Source: Chrysomallon squamiferum (taxonomy: Eukaryota; Animalia; Mollusca). Taken from it: a stretch of 64,000 nt of DNA. Location: NCBI GenBank assembly GCA_012295275.1, contig CM022670.1, positions 29,078,001-29,142,000 on the forward strand, read 5' to 3'. Shown here in pieces: positions 1 through 12,588 of the stretch (the stretch's first letter is position 1; every line of letters starts with the position of its first letter). Under the pieces are notes generated by a model. That model saw only the letters and a list, made by a program, of their open reading frames with translations, had not been told where the DNA came from and ran no database searches. Made by a program: the position numbers and the translations under genes.

Positions 1-789
1 AACAAAAAACATAAAATAATAAAGAATGCCAACCCATGAGAAACTACTGTATACCAGTGTAGCATTTGAAATGTATTTAAATATTTCCTGAACTGTTTAA
101 TTATTACATTCAATATACAGATATGTATCTATTGTACCAGTCAGTTTATATCTGAAATATAAGTTACACATACACATGTAATACATGTATGTTTTTGCAG
201 TGTTTAAAATATTACACAATTTCATTATAGCATGCATTGCTTTATTTTATAAATATTAAAGATTTAAATATATATTTTAAATATCTATCGGTAGCAAATA
301 TAAAATTTGAAAATACCCTGAGGGCTGGCCCTAATCGAAGTTTTGTTTTGAATGTAATTATTACAGTTCTGAAACACAACCAGACATTGACTTTAATTTC
401 TTTATTCTGCTTGACTATAATGGTTTAGGTGTATTTTTTGTTTCAACATTTTTACCAAATTTTATATAATAAATTTTATGCTAATACATTATTGTTATTC
501 AAATACTTGGGCAATTCACACATTACAATCAATTAAGACATTTTTTAAATTTTAAATTTTATTTTACACATAAACGGCAGCAGTAAGTTAGTACTGAATC
601 TAGTATATGATTGTGCCAACAAATTTAACAAAAACAAAAACATTATTTGAAACTTTTAAGAAAATACAGAATATAAGTCTTAAATATTTTATATTCAGTA
701 ATTATACTGACTTTTAAACATTTTATATACAAATATGTTGAAATTTGTGTTAAATTATGTTGTATGATTTTGGGTTTGTTTTGAAATAC

Positions 790-1020
790 AAAAAGGTTTA
801 TAACCTGAAGAGATTGTTTTTATATTCTGGGTGATCAGTGTTTATTAACAGTATGATAGAAATGTGAAAATATTTTATATATTCATGTCATAGCTTTTAT
901 AACACCGATTTGGGTGATTAAAGATATTTATTTTGCTTGGTTGTGTTTTGTTTTGGGTTTTTTATATAAATCTCACCTTGCATCATTGTCAGTGTTTCAT
1001 CTAACTCTTGAAAAAGATTT
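790..1020. repeat. Dispersed repeat, inverted copy of 16495-16705 (old DNA-transposon fragment)
   Basis: tgtcatagcttttataacaccgatttgggtgattaaagatattta and aaatctcaccttgca match the reverse complement of the 16.5-kb copy. Confidence 0.75.
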
Positions 1021-1239
1021 ACAAGAACATAAATTATTCATATATGTTATTAGTATGTAATCTTTATTTATTTATTTATTTATTAGATCCCCTTCTTTAC
1101 TAACACATTAGAAATTGCTACTTGTTTTTATTTAGCATAGAGGGAATTTTTCTTAATACAGTCCAAGTAAGAATAACTAAAAACAGAAAAAGATAAAATG
1201 ATTTTTCTCAATATTAAATATGTGGAAAGGAGACTGTGA

Positions 1240-1500
1240 AGGCACAGGGTTAAGCTCTGAATGGTTTGCACACTTTAAAAGACAGACTGGATTGAATATT
1301 TTTAGAATTCAAAGTGAAATAGTTATAACTGAATTTCCAAATAATTTGGGAAGAGCTGGACTATAATGCAGGAATATTTAAAACCTAGAGGAAATAGCTC
1401 TATTTTGGGGAAGAAAATATTTCTTGCAAAAGAGGACAAAAATATACGAAATAACAATCTTAAAGGGGACAGGAATGCTGATGGAGATTTTTAAATTAGT
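1240..1500 (+). mobile_element. Highly decayed Tigger/pogo (CENP-B-like) transposase relic
   Basis: Broken translation gives EWFAHFKRQTGL..IQSE, ELDYNAGIF..EEIALFWG, NADGDF, collinear with pogo GWFxRFKxR / IFNxDETGLFW / NAxGDFKL motifs. Confidence 0.55.
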
Positions 1501-2906
1501 GCACAAAATTTATTTTTATTTTAAAATTTTTTTAATGTTATATAATAATTAAATAGCAATAAAAATGTCATGGGATTTAAAAAAAAATTATTTTCATTTG
1601 AATACTCGAAACTCAATTATCAGATGAATTAAGTGAAATAATAAAACAGAATCAAGAAACAAGTTTGACATCAGTGATCATATATTTTATTTGTAAAAGT
1701 TACAAAAAACAAACGTACACTAATAAAGTGTAAGTAACACAAAAAGGCCATATAATTTGTATATAATAGATATTGTATAATATAACTAATCTATAATAAG
1801 CAGTTTACTCTTTTCTTTTTTTGATACACTGAAGCAGCAATTTTGTTATTATATTGACCCATTTAAAGCTAGAAAAAAAAAATAACTATAAAATTTTAAA
1901 AATAAATAAAAAACAACTTAATATTTTTTACGTTTTCATTTTGTTTTCTTCATTTTCTTACTCATGTAAATAACCAATTTATTATTATAATATCAAGTTC
2001 ATAAGAAAAATTATTTAGAGCTGAAATAGCTACCTGGTTTGTCTCTAGGTATGAATTATTACTTTATTAAGTTTTCATTTTGTTTTCTTCATATTCTCAT
2101 TCATTTAAATAGCCAACATTATTGTTATAATAGCAGACTAATAAAAATTATTTATGTCCAAAATGACTGCCTAATTTGTCTCTTGATATGAATATCCAAG
2201 GACAGCAAATAAAAATAATAAAAAGAAATAATAATAAAATGAAATAAATTAACTGAAAAAAAGGAAGAAAAACAAATCTGGCATGATTTACTATTACAGT
2301 ATATAAAAACCCCAGGAATAACAACATACATATTTTGTTATCAGAAATTATTTCTAAGTGGTTTTCTTGCAAAGGTCCAGTAAAGTTCATTCAATTGATA
2401 TAGCACCAGCCCTGAATTAATAACATATACAGATCAAAGTGCAAGCAAAAAGATATAATATATTTTGAACTAGCATACAGAAATAATTCAGATTGAGCTT
2501 ATGTCACAGTAGATATGTAATGGACCTACATTGGACCTGAAACTTGAACAAAAGTTCTTGGTAACCACTGCTGCTTTCTTCAGTGGGCTAGTTCCATAAA
2601 TGTTTTAAAAATTTAACCATGGCATCTCAGATTTGGATTAAAATTTTGAATCAGTGTGGTTTAAAATTGTTTCTGGAGTCCCTCTTGGATTAGGAACCCT
2701 GAAGCTTAAACAGATCCACCCCTGAGATATATTACTATTACCCGGTGAGTAACATACATATTACTTTCTGATAGACATACTAATATGTAAATAAAAAAAC
2801 AAATGAAATTCCCAACACCAATAAAACTGCCATAAATATCATCCAAATACAAGAACAAAATATATATATGTAAACAGTATTTTGCATATACAAACAAAGT
2901 ATTTTG

Positions 2907-2937
<31 letters not shown>

Positions 2938-4555
2938 TAACATATACTCAATTTTTTCTATCAGTAACAATATCTTAATAAGAAACATACTTCAAAATAA
3001 TTATAATAGACCTATGCAAAGGTAAGAAATACCTAACTTTCATACTGAAAAGCTAATGATTATATGTGTAAAGATAAAACAAAAATAATAACAGACTGAA
3101 TGAATAAAAGCAAGTAATTGTAACCAATAACTAAACTGGGTGTAGGTATTTAGGTTTGGCTTTATGATACACAGAAACTGGGGAAAAAAAAAAAAAATGG
3201 AAATACAATTACAATGAACAAATTAATTTTAAATTTGCTACTAATACATTCATTGGCAAACTGAGGTAACATAAAATAAAATCTAAAGAACACTTTAGCA
3301 ATGAAATATGGATGTATCTGATACTCTGACAGTGTCATATACACACATATTTCCATCACTAGCTTTGGCATACATCATGTTGCAAATTATATAAAAGAAA
3401 AATTAAGCTTCCTTATCACAGATGCTTTATTAAAATGAAAATAAAACTTTGAATCAAATGTTTACAAAGCTGTATACAAATTAAATATGTGTATAGATGC
3501 AATTTCCTTCATCAAAAGGGGACTAATAGATTTGTTTTTTTTAAATAAACAACAATTAAAAACAAAATAAAAAGTATGATGTTATGGCAACAGTTGTGAC
3601 GATGATCAAGTTCATGAAGTAACATGACTAACATATTTTAAAATGTAGAAGAAACTAATGTGTTTGTGGAAGGGTTATATAAATTTTAATATAATGGAGA
3701 TCTTAATATAGTTGTGATGGTGATAAAGATTGTAAATATAAAGTAAAGAATTAACATATTATAAAATCTAATGAAAACTAATATATTTATGGAAGAGTTA
3801 TATAAATATGAATATAATGATGATCTTAATATGTTAAACAGAAAGGCAGATAGATAAAGAAAGAAAGAAGTATACAGACAATAAGCAAACAATTAAAAAC
3901 AAAAAAATTAATTAAAGAATAAAATTGTGTTCCAAAAAGGAAACTAAAAAACAAGCTCAACTAATACATGACTATTGTTTCTTAAAATTACAAATGCAAT
4001 ACTGAAAAGTGTAATGAGGTAAAAGTGTTTATTTGAAATTCCTAGCTACACCTGCAAGTTGAAATATTTCTTAGTAAACCATTCAGGTAGAACAGTAAGG
4101 TTTGTCTTAAAGTACAGTATTTTTCTTCTTCCTTTATTTAGTTTTAATTATTATTATTTTTTAATCCCATGTGGAATATTTTTAATTAATGAGGAACATT
4201 TAATAATTATTTATAATTAGTCAAACCCAGAGGTAAGCATCCTTGTATTCAGTATAGCTTCAGTGAGCGAGAAAAACTAAAATTCAACATACAGCAATGC
4301 AGCACTGCATCAGTGAGATAAATGAAGGATGAAAATAATATTTTAATGATCAACATTTTCAATATATCTTTTAATAAATCCTTAATATGGAATCATACAT
4401 GTGCTTGTATATTAAAATAAAATAAAATTTAATTTTGCTTTATCCAGAAAACATGATACTACACTTCATTTTACCCATAGAACAATGACAGCTGTTAAAT
4501 TAGACATCACATGCCACTTATTTTGTGCCATGTGATGTCACTGTTAAAATTAGAG

Positions 4556-7500
4556 TTACTGGTCTTGTTCACACTGATCAGCTTGCTGTTGAACTTTCTC
4601 AACAGCAATGCCCCATTTGTCTAACACACTGATCAACTTTTTATAATGCATTGGCTGGTTGTCCAGCATGTCTAAAGTAATTTGTGCCTTATGTTTTGGA
4701 TTGCTCTGAAGCCAGTCACTCAGTTTATCAGAATACAAATCAGCTACCTTGATGTTGTCTGTTGCTTGCAGAAGTGATATGAGGTTGTCATAGCAAACAT
4801 GGACCCATTTGAGATAAAAACCATTTGATTCTGTAAGTAGAAAATAAAATGTGTCAGTCATTTGATGAACATATTTGTATATGTATCAATTTGAGTATCT
4901 GTGTATAAGTGTTTATACGTGTGTCTGGATATGTGTTTGTGTACTGTTGTATATGTATCTGGATCTCTGTATTTATATGTCCATGTATATATGTCAATAT
5001 ATGTGTATGTGTTAGTGTTTTTATGTATTTGGGTATGTATCTGTTGGTATGTGTGTGTGTGTGTGTGTGAGTCTGTTCCTGGTTATATGTGTATCTGTGT
5101 GCATATGCATCTCTCTGTTTATATGTGTGTATGGTTGTGTTGGTAGGTATGGGAAACTGGTGTGAGCAGATGGTGTATGCATGTGTGTGGATGTATGTTT
5201 ATATTTGTGTTTGTATTAATAATATACTTACCAACAGTGTCAGCAACATGCTTTAGAAGAGGAATGGCCTCATTTGGTCTTTCTAGAAGTGTGTAGAATG
5301 TTCCAAGTGTTGCCATGGACAATAACAAGTAATTGCTATCTGCTGGCTGACACAACTTCATGTATTCAAAACTTTTCTTTATTTTCTCTTCAGCTTGTTC
5401 ATATCTGAAAAAGATGTGATATATAACATGCTCCTACATACACTAAAAACTTGCATATCATTAATAATTTTTTATTCACTCATGTATCATTAATGTTTAC
5501 ACACTATAAACTCATATATCATTAATAATTCTTTATACACTATAAACTCATATAATCATTAATTATTTTTTATACACTATAAACTCATATAATCATTAAT
5601 AATTTTTTATACACTATAAACTAATATATCATTAATAGTTTTTTATACAATATGAACTCATATAATCATTAATAATTTTTTATACACTATAAACTCATAT
5701 AATCATTAATAATTTTTGTAGACTATAAACTCTGATATTATTCATACTTTGTATACACTTTAAATTCATCTATCATTGACAATTTTTAAACAATATAAAC
5801 TCATGTATCATTCATAAATCCCATTATGCTGTCATTCATGTAAAGAAGATTCCTTAATATTCCAGTTTATGATTAAAAGTGGAAAGACTATTCCCATTAT
5901 CATTATCAATGGTGTAAAGTCTGTTTCTATTATGCTTATCAGTAATGTAACAACTATTACCGTTATGCTTATCAGCATGTAACAATTATTACCATTATGG
6001 TTATCAGTAATGTAAAGGCTATTCCCTTTATGGTTATCAATAAATGGAATTTAAAGAAAAATACTAAGCTTTCACTTTAATAACAACTAGCACAGTAACT
6101 TTTGGTAATAAATGTTTAAAAAGAATAAAGCTGTTAATAGTAACATTTAATGCATTCATTTCATTCATTTTCATTTCTGTTAGCATTATGTTTTTTGAAG
6201 TCTTTGTAAAATGTCTCAAATAAAAACTTACTTTGCCATTTTAGCATACACCTGTCCAAGCAGTGAGTATACCTGTGCTGACCTCAGACTGACTGCACCG
6301 TAATGGTCTAGAACAATGGACAGTGCATGTTTTGCCTCTGCTTCTGCCCACAGAAAAGTGCTGCTCTGAAGTTCTTCTGGATCCTGGGCAGCTTTCCATT
6401 GTAATGATAATGCTAAAATCAAACCAAAGTAAGATTAAGAAAATATATATTGATTTCAAAACAAAAATCCCCCAAATCCATTAAACTATACTGTGTCACC
6501 AGTTAAAGAATTCAAATGTTAACTTTCATTTATCTGACCTTTGTACATATAAGTGTCTATTACTTTTTCATTCAATGAATTCATATTATTATTATTATTA
6601 TTATTATTACTTATTATAGTTGTTTTTTTGTTTTTTTTATAATCATTTATTCACTTTAACATTTTACCTATCTTTACAAACCCACTTCCTTAATTATCTG
6701 ATAGCTACAGCTCATGTGCAGAATCATTAACAGCTTTTTCACAAGGATTTAAAATTTACCTATGGGGAAATCCAGAAATAATCTAAATGTATTCTTCATC
6801 TTTTAAGTTTTATTCTTTACATTTTTTTTTTTTTTTTTTGCTCTCCAATCTTAATCAATAACTAAGTGAATAACAAATAAGAACAGTTTAGAAATATCTG
6901 GGCACAGCCATGATTCTATAGAAATGACACTGTCATATGCACAGTTGATCAAGATTTTTCTAATGTAAGAAACAAATATAGCTATAATTCAACTAGATAT
7001 ATGATCATATCACAATTCTAAACTATGGCATTCAAACATTTTGTAAATGTTTCGTTGCCATAACTGTGTTACAGTTTTCAGTTCATCCAAAAAAATTACA
7101 TTAAATAACAATTTGGAAGGATGAAGAATTTATCAGACTATTTACTGATATGCCTTTCAAGCTATGTTTCTGGGAACTAAATGTACAGCTGTTCAATCCT
7201 TCAGCTATGTATTAAATGGTGTTATGTATTTTCATCATAATATTTTATAATTCATACTTTAATTATTAGTAAAGATTGGTTACTACAAATATATAAAACA
7301 ATTACTTAGTAGTGTATAAAATGAACATCTGATCATATCACCAGAGGTACACCTTATCAATATCTGTTATCAAATACTTTAATAGCAGCAACATGGCTGC
7401 TACAAACATTAGGCTACTGATCTTTTAAAGTATTAAAATAAATTACAGTCCAGATTTAAAAATACAAATTATTAATTCATTTGCCATTTAATCATATCAA

Positions 7501-8255
7501 CTCTTAAATACATTAAAGTCATTAATATAAAAAAAAAAATAATAAAATAAAATAAAATAAACAGCATCACAATCTGATATAGTATCACAAATATTTAGAA
7601 AACCTGACTATTTACAAAATATAAAAGCACTGACTGCTTACAGAAAGTGTGAAAAAAGATGTTTAACATGGGATGGTCTTCTGGTAGCAGTAGCCTAGCA
7701 ATGCGAACAGACTCCATGGCATGTTGATAATGTTCACTCGAATCAAACTGGTGCATGACCATCAGAGCCTTGCTGACAGCTCTATGTGCCAGAGCCTGCT
7801 GCAGAGTTTCACAGCCATAGAGCTTCTGCGATAGTTCCAGAGTTTTCTGTGTAAAAGTAAAATAATGGACCATTTCTGTGGAATATCAACAAAACATCTA
7901 ACAGCTATACATAACCTACAGAGAATCTGGTGTATGATAGATATAAAGATATGTTAATATTTCTGGGCTATCTTTAAATAAATTAATTAATAATTTAAAA
8001 ATCACCATATGAATTTTAAATATTTCAGCTGTAGTTTTTTTGAATGACAAATAAAAAAACAGTACATTTTATTTGTAATTATAATTACTGTGCTTAAATG
8101 CAAAGACCTGTACCATATTTGAGGTGAATGCAGAATGTTTTGATTTTGAAACACATGTGGTTTTTGTTGTTTGTTTTTGATTTTATTATCATCATCATCA
8201 TCATCATTTCTTTTGTACTTGTTTTTAACAATCTATTTATAAATACATCATTAAA

Positions 8256-8317
<62 letters not shown>

Positions 8318-11300
8318 AGCACACTAAAACACATCTTATAAAAACCTATCTGTAAATACAAAGTTATTAAAACTTACAAAAGCAACTTTCACTCCAGCCT
8401 GGTCCTGTAAGAACTCACTTGAAAAGTGACAGAAATGAAGAAGAGCTTTCAGATAGAGAGGATGACTCTTTCCAAAATGTAACCTGGAAATATATATATA
8501 TTCATGATGATATATTTATTTAGTGCCAAATAAAAGAGATATATATATATATAATAATGATAATATAAAATAAAATTGAAATAATGCAAAATAATTTCAG
8601 TTAAGATACAACATAATTGTAAAAAGATATAAATAATTAAAATAATAAGATGTACATGAAAAAAAGATTCTGTTTGTGTTATTACTGTGACTCACCTGGC
8701 TAACTGGACACACTGAACAGCCACTAGCTCAGCTCTTTTCACCTGCCACTTGCTTGTGTATGCAATAACAGCAGTACACAGTGTGTTTATTATCTGAGCC
8801 CAGGAATTATCTGGAACCTCCTGATTCAGTAAATAAAATAAGTTAACATTTTAAAAATATTGAAACAGTGGCTAACACATTCAGACACACAAATACAATA
8901 TTAACATGCAATCAGCGACATACACATCAACAAATTACACACTCAAAAACTAATCTATGTTCATTACATACATTAATATATTCATGAAACAAAATTCACA
9001 AGCATTGCTTCTTATTAAAATTACTTATACATTCAATATATATATATATATATATATATACAGGGTGTCCACAAAGTCTGGGTACATGGGGAATTTTACT
9101 ATGTTATTTATTTATGTTATTTTTCTTACCCAGATCTAAAGAAGAAAGAATCGAGTTGATACTCTTAAGTGGACGAGAAGGATGGTCTTATCGCAAAGTT
9201 GCAGAAGAATTCAACCTTAGACACCCTAATAGACAACCTATTTATTTTACTTATGTACCCAGACATTGTGGACACCCTGAATATATAGACATAAACACAC
9301 AAACATGTTCATGTACACTAAAATGAGCTATCATTTACACACTGCTACACAAAATTATATCTCCAACTTCTGTATGTATTACATGCCTTATGACTTAAAC
9401 ATGACCTTCACACATACACACAGGTACATACATATATACATATGAACGTACCCACAGATAAACACACAGATATATACATATACATACATATACAAAAACT
9501 GATACACACATAAAAAAAATTGTATACATAAAAAAACAGATGTATTTCTACTTATAAATCATACTTGAAGAGCTTTGTTAATCCAGCTATAACCTGAAGA
9601 GATGGCACCATCTTCCAGCAATGTGAGGCTGAGTGCTGAGTACATCTCTCCCATATGTAACGTATTCTGTCCAAACGACATCTGAGAAATTGCCCATGTC
9701 ATCTGAACAGCACTGAAATAGGCTTCACCTGCACCACTGAAGTTATAGTTGCTGTTCCTGATATGCATCAATTTGATGCAGCATTTGAATTTAGCCATCC
9801 ATGTCTCAGTATTGGGATTTGTGTTCAAGAATTCAAGTAAGATATTGGTGATATGTTCAGCTTCATTAAAAAATTCCATTTCTATGAAGAAATTCATAAT
9901 TTTAAAGCCTGTATTTACAATCTGTTCCATGGTCTCTGATGTTTTGGCTACTTTGACAGTGTTCACCAGAGACTGAAAGGATTTGGTTATTTCTGTAACT
10001 AAATTGATGTCAACTTTATGCAGCATCTTGAAGTATTTCAGGTACAGATGGTACAGGTTTGACTTGTTTAGAATGTCTTGCAAAATATCACTCAGACACA
10101 ACTCAAATCCCAATGGAAGCTGCTTCATCCTCACCAAAGAAGCAACAAATTCAAGTTTCTTTATCTTCTGCAAGGCTCTTTTTTCATCTTCAAGCTGCTC
10201 GTCATCCTCTGGATACTTGGACTTCAGTAACAGCTGCTTATGAGTATCTGGCAAAGAAATCTGAGATTTGAAACTGTCAGGGACAGAAACCCACTGGTGT
10301 ATGAATCCTTTGATTAATGTCATGGAGCAATGACTGTTGGAACTCAGTCCTGAAGACTCTAAATCCAGTTCTGGTTGATCATCACTAGATTCTCTTTCTG
10401 GTTCACTTCCATTGGTTGTCTCTTTGTCAAATGTACTATTTCCAATAATCTCTGTATCTTGTGATTGTGACTGTGGTTGGTTGTGTTCAGTTATGGCTGG
10501 CAGTGGGTCATATTTTGGATATTTAAAGTTTTCAAGCTCACATGTGTTTCTGAGATGAATGCTTTGAGAAGATGGCCTATGAATGACAGTGTTGTCTAGA
10601 AATTCAACAAGGATGCGATAGCGTTGTTTTGTTTCTGTGTCAGCATCTGGATTCTTCAAAGCATTTCGAAAATGTCTATAAACAAAAAATTAAAAATAAT
10701 GAATCTACTATATCAAAACGTTTTGATACTTAAATCTAAAAAGATCAGGTTAAAATATTTTTTAAAATAACCACTTTACCTGATTGGAAATGACCATAGA
10801 AACATTTCATTGTAACAACTGATTAAAATCATTCATCACTGAAAACTAAAATTTAGGAATGTATTGGGTTAGAACACTAGTTCATAGAATTTTTAAAGTG
10901 AAATTCAAAGACAGTTTTTAAATATCTGCCCAATGATTTATTCAACAAGATATCTGCCATTTTTTTTACCTTTCAAAATATGTCTATATCTGTCATATAT
11001 TTCATGAAATTAAATCACATGCTCAAAACGACCAGCTGAAAAATGCTACTAACATTAGTTCCAAGTTAATATTACTTTAATATTTAAAATGCATTTACTT
11101 GAACCATTCAAAATATTTAAAATGCATTTACTTGAACCATTCTGAATATTTAAAATCAATTTACTTGAACCATTCTGAAGATGCAGGTTTTGTTGGTAGA
11201 ATGTCAATAAGAGTCCTTGCTTTGCCTCCTGCACTGGCTGCTTTTTGAATTTTCTGATCATCCTCCATGTTCAGCACTCCAGCAGTTATTAGTGGAGGTA

Positions 11301-12360
11301 CTAAGTGTTCTACTTTAATTTCCTGGATTAGTGCTATTCGATTCACTTTTAATCTCATCAGATTTTGCTGATCAATTCCAGATCTGGATAATACTGGTGC
11401 ATTTTCTGGAAACCTGTAAAAATAATAATAATAATAAGAAGAAGAAGAAGATGATGAAGAACAACAACAACAACAACAACAATAACAACAACAACAACAG
11501 CAACAGCAACAACAATATTAATATTATATTAATAATAATAATAATAATAATAACAATAATAATAAAGAAAGAAAGAAAGAATGTCTAGTTTAAATTAAAT
11601 TACAACAGAATTATATTATTTATCTTTAAACTTAAATTTTATTATTTATGAACTATTATTTAAATAGAATTAAATAAAATGGGTAAGTTTTAGATTTTCT
11701 ACACTTTATAAAATGACAACATCAGCCTTTCCAAACAAACAGTTAACTATTAATGGACACAAACAGAAGTTTTCAGTATTTTTCCCACAATTTTATCTTG
11801 CATTCATTCTTTTTTTTATTCTTTATTTTATCCATATCTATATTTATATATCTGTATGTGTTTGTGTGTCTATATTTATATATAGAGAGAGAGAGACACA
11901 CAAACACACACACACATATAGATCTATAAACACACACACACACACACATACACACAAACACGTAGATCTATCTATCTGTCTATCTAAAATATTAAAAGTA
12001 AAGTACAAGTCTGTTTTAGGCTATATAGCACATGAAAGTCCTTTATATGAAGCACTGGAGGTTTTGAACAATATCATTCTAAACATATTTTTGTCCTCTA
12101 TATATGTCTGATAATGCAAGTCAAGAAGAGAAATTAAACTTAAATCAAGAAAACATAACTTGCATCTTGTTGTCAATATATAAACAATGTTATAATAATA
12201 TTACAATGACTGTTACCTGGCTATTAGTATTACTTGGACTTGCCGTTACAGTCTAATTATGCAGCTTTTATAATATTTAAGTAAATAATATAAAATTTTA
12301 AAAAATAAAGATACCGCACCTATTCACAATATAGGTTCCACGTCGTGTTCCATTTGCCAT
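4556..12360 (-). CDS. CARD/death-fold domain fused to APPBP2 (PAT1)-like TPR protein, ~821 aa, 9 coding exons: 12360-12320, 11413-11165, 10675-9565, 8820-8696, 8483-8378, 7846-7642, 6412-6232, 5404-5232, 4830-4556
   Basis: All junctions are GT-AG and phase-compatible (2466 nt, open frame). The N-terminus LKVNRIALIQEIKVEHLVPPLITAGVLNMEDDQKIQ..KARTLIDILPTK..WFKHFRNAL has a typical CARD pattern. The C-terminal part is collinear with recalled APPBP2: LGFELCLSDIL~LGSEFCELEVF, KCCIKLMHIRNSN~ECCVRLLHVRNGN, LHFGKSHPLY~DHFGSKHPKY, LLPEDHPML~ILPEDHLLL, KLSDW~VLSNW. Confidence 0.85.
5455..5815. repeat. Minisatellite, ~38-39-bp unit (TATACACTATAAACTCATATAATCATTAATAATTTTT), ~9 copies
   Basis: Directly visible tandem array in intron 7 of the CARD-APPBP2-like gene. 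Confidence 0.9.
5885..6040. repeat. Degenerate minisatellite, ~32-bp unit (ATTATGCTTATCAGTAATGTAACAACTATTACC)
   Basis: About 4-5 imperfect tandem copies. Confidence 0.7.
8259..8316. repeat. (CA)n microsatellite; others include (AAT/AAG/AAC)n 11420-11580, (TG)n 17854-17894, (AAT)n 24790-24845, (CT)n(AT)n 43562-43646
   Basis: Directly visible simple repeats. Confidence 0.95.
9061..9279 (+). mobile_element. Tc1/mariner-derived miniature element retaining a transposase N-terminal HTH fragment
   Basis: TIRs CAGGGTGTCCACAAAGTCTGGGTACAT / ATGTACCCAGACATTGTGGACACCCTG (1 mismatch in 27); inserted at a (TA)n run; internal SKEERIELILLSGREGWSYRKVAEEFNLRHPNR. Confidence 0.88.
11079..11178 (-). repeat. 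Three tandem 33-bp copies spanning the exon-2 splice donor (AATGGTTCAA|GTAAAT)
   Basis: ttacttgaaccattc starts at 11095, 11128 and 11161. Confidence 0.9.
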
Positions 12361-12588
12361 TATTTTAAAAGCTGCCAAATACAATAGTGCATTAACAGAC
12401 TGGTATGTTTATTGCCATTTCAGCCATTGATAAACAATTCTGGATCCAAGGAGATCTTGATTATTTCATTTGTTTACAGCATTACGCTTGGCGTGTTTAG
12501 TAATCAAGGTTTTTAGACCCGGAAGTGCTTATTGTCTGGCGAAATTTGACAAGCTGCAAATTATTGTTTTAAATAGTTTTATAAAACA
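12361..12588. promoter_or_regulatory. Bidirectional promoter between the CARD-APPBP2-like gene and ClpP; ETS/GABP-like site CCGGAAGT at 12519-12526
   Basis: Divergent start codons only 228 bp apart, local CpG enrichment, canonical CCGGAAGT motif. Confidence 0.65.

Noticed and set aside
2520-2725. GC-richer patch resembling a DNA-transposon internal fragment
   Set aside because: No TIRs, TSD or second copy found in the window.
5455-5815. Regularly spaced ~38-bp repeats superficially like a CRISPR array
   Set aside because: Head-to-tail units with no unique spacers, inside a eukaryotic intron; this is a minisatellite.
2706-8355. Cys/Val- or His/Thr-rich ORFs (2706-2951, 4901-5146, 8094-8324, 8128-8355)
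   Set aside because: Translations of (CA/TG)n microsatellites or degenerate TG-rich intronic tracts.
9749-10271. Plus-strand ORFs overlapping exon 3 of the CARD-APPBP2-like gene (likewise 33527-33932, 34862-35050, 35803-35988, 41078-41296)
   Set aside because: Antisense shadows of real coding exons with no independent motifs.
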